Assembly: GCA_963842885.1 (NCBI GenBank)
Contig: CAWJIE010000003.1
Location: 1 to 64,000, forward strand
Direction: 5' to 3'
DNA from: an uncultured Nitrososphaerota archaeon
Lineage (GTDB): Archaea > Thermoproteota > Nitrososphaeria > Conexivisphaerales > DTJL01
Length of the DNA stretch: 64,000 nt
A model generated the notes under the pieces. It did no database searches. It was not told the DNA's origin and saw only the letters and a list, made by a program, of their open reading frames with translations. A program made the position numbers and the translations under genes. This document shows positions 1-10,207 of the stretch, in pieces. Numbering within the stretch: position 1 is the stretch's first letter; each line of letters opens with the position of its first letter.

Positions 1-126
1 AAGATGAACTAAACTCGGGCCCTTTCGCAGGTCCAAGACTAGGCAGCCTATGCCACTGCTCTTGGAGGCACATCAGTCGCGACCATAACGATAATAGGCC
101 GAGTCAGGTGGCTTTAAGAGTCAGAC

Positions 127-548
127 ATGAAGCAAAAGAGGATAGTCCTTGTCAGCCATGAGCCAAGAAGGGAAGCATGGTCGAATGGGTGGCCTACAAC
201 AGGGAAACTTTGAAGGAGGCCGAAATATGGGCCACGGAAAGCACAGGCAAGATGGTCATGAAAGAATGTGGCTTGCCAGTGAACCTCCTCCTTTCTGGGC
301 CTCTAGGTGGCGACGCCCAGATAGGCACGATGACCGCCGAAGGAAAGGTCGACGTAATCATATTCTTCTGGGATCCACTGACCCCTCAACCTCACGACGT
401 GGATGTGAAGACCCTCTTGCGTCTCGCAGTGCTGTATGACGTTCCTATTGCCTGCAATCGGAGCACTGCCGATTTCCTCATTTCTTCTCCGATGTTCAAG
501 GATTGGAAGCGTCATGCAGATGAGCGCAAGGCACTGAAGACTCCATAG
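127..548 (+). CDS. mgsA: Methylglyoxal synthase (frameshift near 160)
   Basis: MKQKRIVLVSH(D)..K N-terminus in one frame; ATESTG, SGPLGGDAQIG and FFWDPLTPQPHDVDVKTLLR motifs in ORF 177..548. Confidence 0.92.
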
Positions 549-687
549 TCGACATACGACGAGAAGCTGTCAGCAGGCTGGTTGCAACCCCACCATCGAC
601 GTCAACAGGCCTTCTCCCAGGATACGCTAGGCGTCCATGTGGCAGTGATTTAAGCGGCTGACGGTTGGTCTTTGGCTGGTGAACTTG

Positions 688-882
688 ATGGGCAAAGGAG
701 GCCGTGGTCACGGAAGTCATCACCTGAGTCCGAACGACCAGCGTTCGAGTGCGAAGAACCCGACGAGCCATGAATACACAGCTGCCGTCGACAACAGAAG
801 CGCCCAGCTCAATCCGACCAGTCCAGAGTACAAGGGGCCCGCTCCCAAGAAGGGCGACGACCAAGGTAGCAGCGACGACTGA
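688..882 (+). CDS. Small hydrophilic protein with duplicated (N/D)xRSxxxNP motif
   Basis: GGTGA SD at 678; NDQRSSAKNPTSHEY / DNRSAQLNPTSPEY internal repeat. Confidence 0.6.
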   Translation: MGKGGRGHGSHHLSPNDQRSSAKNPTSHEYTAAVDNRSAQLNPTSPEYKGPAPKKGDDQGSSDD

Positions 883-946
883 CCTCGTGATTTTCTTCTC
901 CCTCCCTTACGCATGGTCTTTTTTTGATTGTCTTTCCCCAGCTTAG

Positions 947-1267
947 GGCTTAGTCCCATAATTGGGACTTTAGTCCGATTTAGTCTTGCTCATCTCCAGG
1001 AGCTTTGGTGAGGGCTTGTAGAGGACCTTGGGCCTGCCCACCCTCCCCTGGACCAGCTCCTCCTTCTCCACAAGGCCGTCTCCCTCCATATGTTTGAGGT
1101 GGGCCATCACCGTCGACCTTGCCAGGCCTGATTTCTCCACCACCTTGGTGAGGGTACGCGGCGTTGACATGCCTCCTTGACAGAGCAGGCCTGCCAGCCT
1201 CTTGCAGCACGAATCCAAGGACATGATGGACTAATTCGGACTTAATTAAGAGTTATGGGACTACGCC
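947..1267. mobile_element. Non-autonomous mini-element with 15-bp TIRs and 9-bp TSD carrying an HTH gene
   Basis: GGCTTAGTCCCATAA (947-961) vs TTATGGGACTACGCC (1253-1267), 14/15 inverted match; CCAGCTTAG flanks both sides (938-946, 1268-1276). Confidence 0.8.
970..1224 (-). CDS. Winged helix-turn-helix (ArsR-like) DNA-binding protein
   Basis: TLTKVVEKSGLARSTVMAHLKHMEGDGLVEK...GRVGRPKVLY; TTAATTAA TATA-like box at 1242-1249. Confidence 0.85.
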   Translation of the reverse strand: MSLDSCCKRLAGLLCQGGMSTPRTLTKVVEKSGLARSTVMAHLKHMEGDGLVEKEELVQGRVGRPKVLYKPSPKLLEMSKTKSD

Positions 1268-1294
1268 CCAGCTTAGCCAAGCTTTTAGGACATC

Positions 1295-1367
1295 GTGATT
1301 TCTTTTCCAGTAGCAAAAAGGCATCCGAATCGTCTCCCGTTGGCGGCCCATTCGCAGCTCCAAGCCC
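1295..1367 (+). repeat. Dispersed repeat copy (core plus CCCATTCGCAG motif)
   Basis: GATTTCTTTTCCAGTAGCAA...GGCCCATTCGCAGCTCCAAGCCC. Confidence 0.75.
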
Positions 1368-1476
1368 ACGTAGGGAATTAGCGGTTGAAATGGATATTGA
1401 TTTCCTTCTCCAGCACTCATGAAAGACGCCCTATGGGCGGGCTTCCTAAAGCCTGCCTTCCGCCAGCGACGCTGTG

Positions 1477-2524
1477 TCAGGCGTCCATGGATTTGAGCTT
1501 TGTCTTGTACCTCTCCCTGTTCGTGGACTCGTACTCCTCCCTTCTCGTGAGCATGAACCAGACGATCTTCAGCATCTTGTTGGCCACGGCTACTACGGCC
1601 TTCTGGTCGCCTCTCCTCTCCTTCACCCGCTCGTAGAAGGACCTCAGCCTCGGGTCGTGCATCGATGCAGACCTCGCCGCCTCCACCATGATCCATCGGA
1701 GCATCTTGGAGCCCTGCTTCGTTATGGCTCCGTGATACTCCACGGAGCCCGATTGGTGGAGAGAGGGCGCCAGCCCAGCCCAGGAAACGAGCTTCCTGTA
1801 GTTGGGGAACCTCTTGATGTCCCCTATCTCGGACCTTATGAGGAGGGCCGAGAAGACGTCCACCCCCGTCAGGCTCAGGAGCAGCCTCACGTCCTCGTCC
1901 TGTGACGCCCTCTCCGTGATCCTGTCGTCCACCCTGGAGATCTGTTCATTGAGGCTCTCCAGGTGGGCCAGGTGGTTGTCCAGAATGAGCCGTTCCATGG
2001 AGGGGAGCTCCAGCGACCTCAGCCACTCCACTCCTCCCTTCCCGAAGAGGTCGGAGAAGTCATGCTTCAGGCCGTTCCTGTCGACCATCGCGTGCACCCT
2101 GTTCTTCACCATGGTGCGCACCCTCACGATCGACGCCCTGTGCCTGATGAGCTCCCTCATCTCCCTGACATCCTTGGGAGGGACGTAGCTCTCGGGTATG
2201 AGATCGGCCCTCAGCAGATGCGCCAGTATCCTGGCGTCCACCCTGTCGCTCTTTCTTTATCCTCGCCCACGCTATGGCCTTGGTCTTCGAAGGGGAGGCC
2301 AACACGGTCGCGACGTGCATGGAATCGAGCCTCTCGTATATGCTTAGCCAGTATGCCCCCGTCGACTCCATCACCACCCTGTCGTCCATGGTGAGCGTCG
2401 CCGCTAGGGAGGATATCCCGTCGCCGTCGTTGTCGAAGCCGAACTCGTCCACTACGGCCCCACGCTCGTCCATCATGGAGACCCTGCACTTGGTCTTGCC
2501 CACGTCGATTCCCACGTATCTCAT
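1477..2524 (-). CDS. IS110 transposase/recombinase (frameshift near 2255)
   Basis: VGIDVGK, VMEST and KSDRVDA (DEDD) motifs; C-terminal WAGLAPSLHQSGS and AVVAVANKM; extra base(s) in ATAAAGAAAGAGC. Confidence 0.93.
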
Positions 2525-2554
2525 TCCACTATTCACTCTCCTTTTTGCAGCTGG

Positions 2555-2680
2555 CATCGGGCTGCATTCACTCATGCGGGCGCCAGGCCCACTTCCTTAG
2601 CAGCTCAGGATTCGCCCAGTCAGCAACACGGTCGCTAGGACCATGCTGGAAATCGGGCTTGCCAGCCCATACGGTATCAG
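2555..2680 (-). ncRNA. Putative bridge/seek RNA of the IS110 element
   Basis: Two stem-internal loop-stem modules; loop strands match target (2644-2652, 2621-2628) and donor junction (2569-2576, 2595-2599). Confidence 0.8.
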
Positions 2681-2861
2681 GGGGCGTCTTTCATAAGGTC
2701 AGCAATAGACAGCAGTGCCCATTTTCGCAGGTCCAAGCCTACGTCGAAGATTAGCGCTGAGTGAAACCCTTGTCATCTCGCGCAGCAAAACACAATCGCA
2801 AGTACCTAGGACTGAACAGCTTTGGGTCTGAGTTAGGCCTCTTCGGCGAATTTGAAAAAGG

Positions 2862-3436
2862 TCAATGCCACTTGCCCATCGTCCTTGACTGCTGCGCCGG
2901 TACGATGCGCGCTACGCTATTGGAAAGTCGACCCGCGACGATACAGGTCTGGACACCGGCTCCGCCCATCCACCAGTTGCCGGTGAAAGTGTGCCTTCCT
3001 GTCATCCCGGCTCCGAAGTTGGTTAGGCAAGTGCATGTACATAGCGCTCCAGACATGGTCGTACGTGGTGAACCCAAGCAGATTCTCATGGGCACGCCAT
3101 CGACGGACAAGACGAAGTAGTTGCTCGGGCTCTCTGCCGTCTTTCTTTGACTGGGCGACATGTCATGCGACATGGCACCCACCAATACCCGTGCATCACA
3201 TAGAAGGCGGAATTTGCCTGCCATGTGGTACTCCCTGTCCAGGCCGTGTTACCGTTACTCCCTGTGGAACCCTGATCGCAGAAGTCCGTGAACCACATAC
3301 GATCTCCGGTCATAGGTGGGGAAGCAGGGCCGTATTGACCCCCGAGCGCCGAGAACAGAATCACAAGCGAGGCGAAGACCATGAGCGCTTTACACTTCAA
3401 TTTTCTACCCTCCTGGGATGAGGAGTGACGTCCCAT
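2862..3436 (-). pseudogene. Frameshifted secreted hypothetical protein
   Basis: Signal peptide-like KCKALMVFASLVILFSALG in 3086..3436, continuing into overlapping ORF 2862..3224. Confidence 0.45.
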
Positions 3437-3729
3437 TAGAGAGAAAGTCGCCTCAACCCAATAAATTATTTCTAAGCATGAGAAATACTGCCCATAATAT
3501 ACATATTATACGTGCAATATTGAACGCCGTCCACAAATATCGGCGTTATATATGGATAACTTCATGCGCGCGTCATCCATATATAGAAAGAGGGATGAGA
3601 TGCTCTACAGATGAGATTGAACATGACATGTTACGCCCCCTCCGATGAAGGAACGGATGGGCGTTCGCTGCATTAGAACGGATGTTCGACTCATTGAGCT
3701 TTAATCCCCACACACCCGCACTTTAGCTC

Positions 3730-5651
3730 ATGCAGAAGTCTTCGAGGAACGACGCCTGGCGCAGGAATGCTGGATTCTCGTCATCGGGATAGTATGCACT
3801 GCGGGTCTGCTGGGGATGCTCTCCGTGCTGTCCCTGAACTATAACGTTCGCGCACCCTCCCGCAAGTGCGCTCGCGGAGGTGATCGGCTCGTTCCAGGAC
3901 TACTCTCGGCTTCGCGACTTCATCGCCGCGAACGCCAAGAGCGTGCAGAGGTACGGAATGGGCGGATTCGGTAGGATCTTCGTGGTCTGCCGGTACTTGG
4001 CAACCGCCGCCTTGGGACCTGCCGCTGAGTCACTTCGGCATCGACCCCCTCCTTCACGGGCACCAACGTCCAGGTCCAGGGCGTCGACGAGATAGACAGG
4101 GTGAAGACGGACGGAACGCACCTCTTCGTTTCGACGAACGACGCCGTGACGATAATGAACGCTTATCCGCCGAACTCGACGGCCGTTCTCTCGACGATCT
4201 CCTTCAAGGGCGCCAACGTGCTGGGGATAGAGGTCTATCAGGACCGCCTCTTCGTCATCAGCCAGCGGTACTCGGGCAACACGTACATCGACCTCCTCCT
4301 CTACAACGTCTCCAACCTCGCGTCGCCCAGGCTGATGGAGAACTCCAGCATCCGGGAGCTACGTGGCGGCGCGCATGGCCCAGGGCTACGCCTACGCCGT
4401 CGTCCAGCAGCCCTCCTACCAGTGGACGACGGCAACGCGACGGCCCTGATGCCAGAAGTGTACGAGAACGGCAAATGGTGGCCCTCCCGCCGTCCTCCGT
4501 AAACTACGCGCAGAACGTGACGCTCATCAGCTACTACACGATGATCGTAAGCATGAGCATGTCCACGGGGACGAACAACGTCACCACGGTCCTCACCGGA
4601 CCGTCCTCGACCGTCTACGTATCCACGGCGAACATCTACGTCGTTTACGCCAACTACCCGGTGTTCTACGCCGACGGCATCCCCGGGGACGTCTTCAACG
4701 GGGGCATCGCGACGCCGACCAGACGGTACAATCGCAGAACAGCACCATATTCCGCGCTTCGTATTCGAACGGCGCCGTCAGCGTGGCGGCGGTGGGCTCG
4801 GTGCCGGGGGCGGTCCTGAACCAGTTCTCGATGGACGAATACAACGGATACTTCAGGGTGGCCACGAGCGGCACGGCCGTCATCAACGGGGTAGGGACGA
4901 CGAGCGACGACGTCTACGTGCTCGACCAGAACATGAGCCAGGTCGCGGCCCTCAAGAACATCGCGCCGGGGAGAACATCTACGCCGTCCGCTTCGTGGGC
5001 GACATGGGGTACGTGGTGACATTCGAGCAGATCGACCCGCTGTTCGCCATCTCCTTCAAGGACGTGGCCAACCCGGTGATCCTCAGCGCCCTCAAGGTCA
5101 CCGGGTATTCGGACTACCTCCACCCGCTGCCGGGCGGCTACCTGATCGGCGTCGGGAAGGACGCGGTCCCGGCTTCGAACGGCGACTTCGCCTGGTACCT
5201 CGGGCTGAAGCTCTCCCTCTTCCAGGTCTTCGACAACGGGACGTCGAGCCAGGTCTCGAAGTACCTGATAGGGGACCGCGGGACAGACTCCCCCGTGCTC
5301 AGCGACCACCTGGCGTTCACCTTCGATTCGACCCGGAACATAACGGTGATCCCGGTCATGCTCGCGCAGGTGAGCGGAAGCCAGACCTACAACCCGAACA
5401 GCCCGCCGCCCTACGGCGACTACGTCTGGCAGGGGGTCTACGTCTTCAACGTGACGGAATCAGGCTTCACCCTCCTCGGAAAGGTGTCCCAGTACCCGCC
5501 GGGCCAGAACTTCGGCGACTCGCCAAACAGCAGCCTGCAGATAGACAGGAGCGTCATAATAGGGAACTACCTCTACACCATATCACAGAGCGAGGTCATG
5601 GTGAGCGACCTCTCCTCGTTCTCCACGCTCGCGACAGCTCCGCTGGCCTGA
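3730..5651 (+). pseudogene. Secreted beta-propeller domain protein (COG4880/Beta_propel type), multiply frameshifted
   Basis: TNVQVQGVDEIDRVKTDG, GAVLNQFSMDEYNGYFRVAT, YVVTFEQIDPLF and LKVTGYSDYLHP spread over several frames. Confidence 0.85.
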
Positions 5652-5659
5652 AGGAGTCA

Positions 5660-5772
5660 GCCAATTCGCAGACCCAAGCCCTCGCCCTAGCCTCTTATTT
5701 GATTAACCAATTGTTTTCAATATGATAAAGATGATTAAGCGATTGAGAAAGTCGTCGTCGGTCAGGCCTTGA
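5660..5772 (+). repeat. Dispersed repeat: 3' motif followed by 5' half of another copy
   Basis: GCCAATTCGCAGACCCAAGCCC then TTAACCAATTGTTTTCAATA...GATGATTAAGCGA...GTCGTCGGTCAGG. Confidence 0.7.
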
Positions 5773-5808
5773 AGTCACGTCGCTAATCCCAACCCGCTGA
5801 CGGGTTCG

Positions 5809-6240
5809 CTACGTCGATGCCTCTTCCGTATCCCGCAGCCGCCTGGCCAGCTCCCTGTCGATCACCATGGGCACGTCGGGGAAGAGGCGGACGAGGGCCT
5901 CGAAGGACCATCGGGAGAGTGCAAAACAACGGGTGGGCTCAATGGCGGTGACGTCGGTCGGTCGTGGCTGGCCTTCGAGCATGGCCATTTCGCCGAAGAG
6001 GTCTCCCCTGCCAAGCTCCGAGAGCAGCCTTCCCTCCCTCCTCATCTGGACCTTCCCCTCCAGTATCAGGTAGAGGGCGATGCCACTTTCGCCCGCCTCG
6101 CCGATCTTCTCGCCCGGCTGGAAGGACAACTCCTGGCCCAGCTTGACGACCGTCAGCAGGTCCTTCCGCCCCAAACCAGCGAACAACGCCGCCGAGCCCA
6201 GAGCATCTACCAGATCGCCTGGCGGGTCTACTTCCATCAT
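5809..6240 (-). CDS. Cyclic nucleotide-binding domain protein
   Basis: LYLILEGKV and GDLFGEMAMLEGQPRPTDV cNMP-binding signature. Confidence 0.9.
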   Translation of the reverse strand: MMEVDPPGDLVDALGSAALFAGLGRKDLLTVVKLGQELSFQPGEKIGEAGESGIALYLILEGKVQMRREGRLLSELGRGDLFGEMAMLEGQPRPTDVTAIEPTRCFALSRWSFEALVRLFPDVPMVIDRELARRLRDTEEAST

Positions 6241-6336
6241 TCTATATCACTTCGTGCGGAGACTTAAGTCTGCCGTAAATTGGTATGGGGAAACAAGGTC
6301 CGTGTCTTTGCGGGCGAGCGCTGGCACAGCTTCGAG

Positions 6337-6365
6337 GGTTTCTTTTCCAGCAGCAACAGATATTC
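6337..6365 (+). repeat. Dispersed repeat core (perfect match to IS guides)
   Basis: TTTCTTTTCCAGCAGCAACAGATAT. Confidence 0.75.
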
Positions 6366-6687
6366 GAGAATGCCGAGAGAGGCGGACTTGGACGGCTTGA
6401 AGTTCGCGGTGGAGGCGTCGGTAGGCATCGAACATCCGGGATTGATCCCCTTGCTCTTGTTCCGTCTGGACCCCACCCTTCTGAGCTTTTGCGGTGGCAT
6501 TGAATATGGAGAGGAGGAGCGTGTGCCTCCTCCCCCGGAAGAAGACGACGATTTGACTCCGGGGTAATTATGGCTTAAGGGGCCCCCCGAAGGCCTTGGT
6601 TAGGGTATAGTGTTTGCACTTCATATACTTTGTTAAGCTATAGTGTTTACCCATTGTGAACGATGTCGTGGATGAGGGCCACCTTCG

Positions 6688-6728
6688 GATATCGCAGAAC
6701 AGCGGCTCCCATTCGCAGGTCCAGGCCT
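6688..6728 (+). repeat. Dispersed repeat 3' motif
   Basis: GAACAGCGGCTCCCATTCGCAGGTCCAGGCC; same motif at 17-37, 2718-2740, 8690-8712, 25782-25802. Confidence 0.75.
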
Positions 6729-6766
6729 GCGTCTGAGATGGGCGCGGTGGGCTTGCCACGCCGAAC

Positions 6767-8110
6767 CTAATATGGAATCAGGGATAGGATCGTGGGAAGG
6801 AGCACCGAGGCGAGGATCACGGCGAGCATCACGACTGAGCAGATCGTGGTCAGGAGCTTCGCTCTCGCCTCGACCCGTTTCCTGCCGGAATGGTTGAGCC
6901 AGCCCAATAGGGCCTGACCTCCGTCGAGCGGATAGAGCGGTATCGCGTTGAAGAAGGCCAAGTTCACATTGATGAAGAATATCCAGAACAACGTCAGGGC
7001 GAGAGGGTACCATGAGCCTCCCAGGACAGGCGAAGAATAGTCTGAGTGAAGCGTATCGGAGAACGGAACGACGGTCTCAGCCTGGGAGACGAGCCCAGGA
7101 AGGACAATGTAGAGGAGCGGTTCATGGATGTATGCGGTTGCGTATGTATCCCTTATCGAGGATAGATTCTGGCTGCCTATGGTGACGCCGATGAATCCAA
7201 TGCTCTTGTTGTCTGGATTGGCGCCCAGCGTGATTGGATATGTGTGAATTACGCCCTGCTGGCCGATTGATACCGAGAGGGTCTCGTTCGGCATGGTGCC
7301 AGACATGAAAGTCGCCAGGCTCTCCTCGGAATAGACCTGCGTGCCATTGACTGCGGTTATGAGGTCGCCGGCCTGAAGGTGACCCTCGCTGTGCAGCTCG
7401 GAAGCTGGACTGGACGCGGAATACTGCGTGACCAGCGCGCCGCTGAACACCGGGACAAGACCCCCCAAGAGCAGGATCATCAGGATCAGGGCTGCCGCGG
7501 CGACGACGACGTTGCTTCCCGGCCCGCCCGCCAGGATTCTCCCCGAATCCCTCGCCCTCAGCTTCTGGATCAATCCCTCGTCCATCTCGACGAAGGCTCC
7601 GATCGGAACGAAGAGGAAGAACAGAAGGCCGGTCGATTTTACCGGTAGCTTCAGCCTCCGTGCGATGACTCCGTGGGTCCCTTCGTGGACGACGACCGCG
7701 ACGATTATTCCTATTATGCCGTAGAGGACCGGGATGTATCGGTTGATTCCGGGAAGCAGCAGGTACGAAGTTATCGCAGGCCGGCTTCCTGTGACAACGT
7801 TGTTGGCTTGGCACTGAGCGACCGGAGCGGCTCCGATCGCGCAACGGAAGGCGAGGGTCCCGCCTAGGACGAGGTACGTCTCGTCGAGCATCAGCCAGAT
7901 CATGAATGCGCCGGCCGCTATTGTGATGGCGATGTAGAGCCAACCGATGTCAGAGAAAATCCGATAGCGAGCCAGATCGTCGAGGAGGTTAAGCAGCCTC
8001 TTGGTCCGCACCATCACGATCCCCCAGCTGAAAGTCACGGACTTTGGTTCTTCTCCAGGTCTTTCAGGCTCGGCGCCTTTTTGTCCATCCTGTAAGTTTG
8101 GATCCGGCAA
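6767..8110 (-). CDS. Site-2 protease (M50) with PDZ domain
   Basis: HEGTH and NAIPLYPLDGG motifs; PDZ-like LQAGDLITAVNG. Confidence 0.93.
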   Translation of the reverse strand: MPDPNLQDGQKGAEPERPGEEPKSVTFSWGIVMVRTKRLLNLLDDLARYRIFSDIGWLYIAITIAAGAFMIWLMLDETYLVLGGTLAFRCAIGAAPVAQCQANNVVTGSRPAITSYLLLPGINRYIPVLYGIIGIIVAVVVHEGTHGVIARRLKLPVKSTGLLFFLFVPIGAFVEMDEGLIQKLRARDSGRILAGGPGSNVVVAAAALILMILLLGGLVPVFSGALVTQYSASSPASELHSEGHLQAGDLITAVNGTQVYSEESLATFMSGTMPNETLSVSIGQQGVIHTYPITLGANPDNKSIGFIGVTIGSQNLSSIRDTYATAYIHEPLLYIVLPGLVSQAETVVPFSDTLHSDYSSPVLGGSWYPLALTLFWIFFINVNLAFFNAIPLYPLDGGQALLGWLNHSGRKRVEARAKLLTTICSVVMLAVILASVLLPTILSLIPY

Positions 8111-8325
8111 GATTCGATCGGCAAATAGCGGATCGGCAGAAGAGCGCTAATAACTCTATGGGCGAGTCTGCTCCTCTATTTCGTGCGAAGGCATGTTGAC
8201 GATGGAGCTCCAGGAGGGTTAGCCCAGACCACCCTATCATCCCGTTCCAACCTTGATATGTCTGAACGATCCTGTGACTCGTATCAGAAAGACATAACTA
8301 TTGCGCTGCGAATTCATTACCGAAG

Positions 8326-8487
8326 TTGACCGATTACGCGCTGGAAGAGGAGAAACTGAAGAAGCTCTACGACCAAGCGCGCACACAGGGAAACAAGAAG
8401 AAGAAGAAGGAATACAAGGAGAAGATAGCCGAACTGAACCGACTCCGCAAGTCCGAGAAGCGAGAAAGCGTCAGATCGAAGAGCTAG
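8326..8487 (+). CDS. Small basic coiled-coil protein (53 aa)
   Basis: TTG start; TDYALEEEKLKKLYDQARTQGNKKKKKEYKEKIAELNRLRK. Confidence 0.5.
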   Translation: MTDYALEEEKLKKLYDQARTQGNKKKKKEYKEKIAELNRLRKSEKRESVRSKS

Positions 8488-9036
8488 GGTTTCCTAGTGC
8501 CTTTCTCCCTTGAGAAACAAGGTGCCGCAAAGTATGCGGCTGATGCAGGCATGAAGGAGGCGCTCGACCAACCGAAGGGGTTGAGTTTCGTTATTCCTTC
8601 CAACGGTAATTCTGAACGACCTTTTGACCCATGGAAGCGCAATTCCTGTTTGTCTTAGCCTAGAGGTTGGGCAAACTTGAACTAGACAAGGCCCATTCGC
8701 AGGTCCAAGCCCATGTCTAGGATTGGCGGTTGGCGACATCGCTGCTCTTTCCAACGGCAATAGATGTCCAGTTAGGCCGATGAAGAGGCCGGCTCTAAGC
8801 GACTTTGTGGTCAATGGTGGTCTTTGGCCTTATTCTGAAAGCCGTCATGCTCGCCGCCAGCAGGACAACAATTGGCCCCGCGGCCAACATGAATCTTCGC
8901 TGCTTGTTTCCCTTGGCACTTTAGGACATGTGCTTCCCAGTATCTGGACGCTCTGGAATCGTGGGCTCAAATGGGACTGGGCCGTTGGTTCCTGTCCCGG
9001 CCGGAGCATCATAATAAATGATGGCTAACGCAACCT

Positions 9037-9696
9037 CTACGCAACTAAACCCGAGTCCGAGTATCCCATACTCTCCATAGTACCTAGGAAGTTATAGTCG
9101 ACTAGGTTTATGTCGGATAGCTGGTATATCCATTTATAGCCCCATAATCCCGGCGTGACAAGGCGTAGCCCCTGTGTCAGCGGAACCCCGTTGTTCTCAA
9201 AGGCTACGACGATGTTATTCTGCATGCCAGTCGCCAATGTAAGGTCCGTAGAATAGTTATCGGTCGCGTAGAATGCGACCTTGATGGCTGTCGTTGATGC
9301 GTTAGCCCTCTGTAATATCGACGCCAAGCTCACTCCCGTCCAGTTACCTCCGGCAATCACGCCAGTTGGGGGGCCTATGCAATACATGGTGGCGTTAACA
9401 GTCGTCCACGGCATCGTGATAAGATCATAGAAAGTCAAGTTGAGAGGGTGTTGAACCAGCCCGGTCACTAGTAGGGAAATGCCGGAGTTCCTGCTCCAGC
9501 CTGTGGCGTTCAAGAGTTGCGATTGAAGGGTTGAAACCTGATAGTTCAACCCTGCTATTTGGTTTTGAAGGTCGGATTGTGTCTGCTGCAGCGAGTACGT
9601 CTGCAAGGTTCCGAATGCCGCGACAACCAGAATGCAGACTACCAAGAAAGCATAGCCATTTGATGGCTTCATTCTGTTAATGAGGTACTTCCACAC
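9037..9696 (-). CDS. Membrane-anchored molybdopterin-binding oxidoreductase (sulfite oxidase/MsrP-like domain)
   Basis: LLVTGLV, MYC Mo-ligand Cys, WTGVSL, LRLVTPGLWGYKWI. Confidence 0.85.
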   Translation of the reverse strand: MWKYLINRMKPSNGYAFLVVCILVVAAFGTLQTYSLQQTQSDLQNQIAGLNYQVSTLQSQLLNATGWSRNSGISLLVTGLVQHPLNLTFYDLITMPWTTVNATMYCIGPPTGVIAGGNWTGVSLASILQRANASTTAIKVAFYATDNYSTDLTLATGMQNNIVVAFENNGVPLTQGLRLVTPGLWGYKWIYQLSDINLVDYNFLGTMESMGYSDSGLVA

Positions 9697-9985
9697 CTAA
9701 AAGGATTTGAGGGTAGATAGAACTCAAGCTTTCGTGTTGACCTTTTTGGCGAGTTTCATCTGCGCTGGCTTCTAGTCTCCAGGACTACCTTGCAGAAACC
9801 CTCGATGGCGTTAGGCGACTCTTTGATAGGATCATACTTCCCGTTTACGGGAGCTTTCGTGCCTCCTTGACTGTCTCCCATCATCTGGTCATTGTTCTTC
9901 TGAACACGGGCACGGCGATCATGAGGTGGAAGAGGGCCGCGCAGAGGGCTCCATGGTGCCGTTGGCCGAGGGCATTGCTCTCACT

Positions 9986-10130
9986 CAATTAACCTATTGT
10001 TTTCAATAACATGAGGATGAATAAGTGAAAGTGTGGTCGGTCAGGTCGATGGCATTGATTTCTTTTCTAGCAGCAACGGATATCCAAGACTGTGACGAGA
10101 ACAGCGGCCACCTTCCCTTCAAGCCTTAGA
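9986..10130 (+). repeat. Near full-length copy of dispersed repeat
   Basis: CAATTAACCTATTGTTTTCAATAACATG...GTCGGTCAGGTCGATGGCATTGATTTCTTTTCTAGCAGCAACGGATATCCAAG. Confidence 0.85.
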
Positions 10131-10207
10131 GCCCTATAGGACTGGAGGGCCGTGGATGCCTACAAGGGATGAATGGAAGGAAGCGCTAGTTCAGACGTAG
10201 GCGTGGG

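Larger units (their letters stand above)
1416..2701 (-). mobile_element. IS110-family (IS1111-like) insertion sequence
   Basis: Sub-terminal 13-bp IRs ATGAAAGACGCCC (1419-1431) / GGGCGTCTTTCAT (2682-2694), 3 and 7 nt from the ends; CA core duplicated (1414-1415, 2700-2701); DEDD transposase inside. Confidence 0.92.

Noticed and set aside
3547-3585. TATATATGGAT/ATCCATATATA inverted repeat in AT-rich gap
   Set aside because: Low complexity; plausibly divergent promoter elements
6604-6652. TATAGTGTTT direct repeat (6607, 6639)
   Set aside because: Only two 10-bp copies with no associated gene; could be an operator or element end but is unsupported
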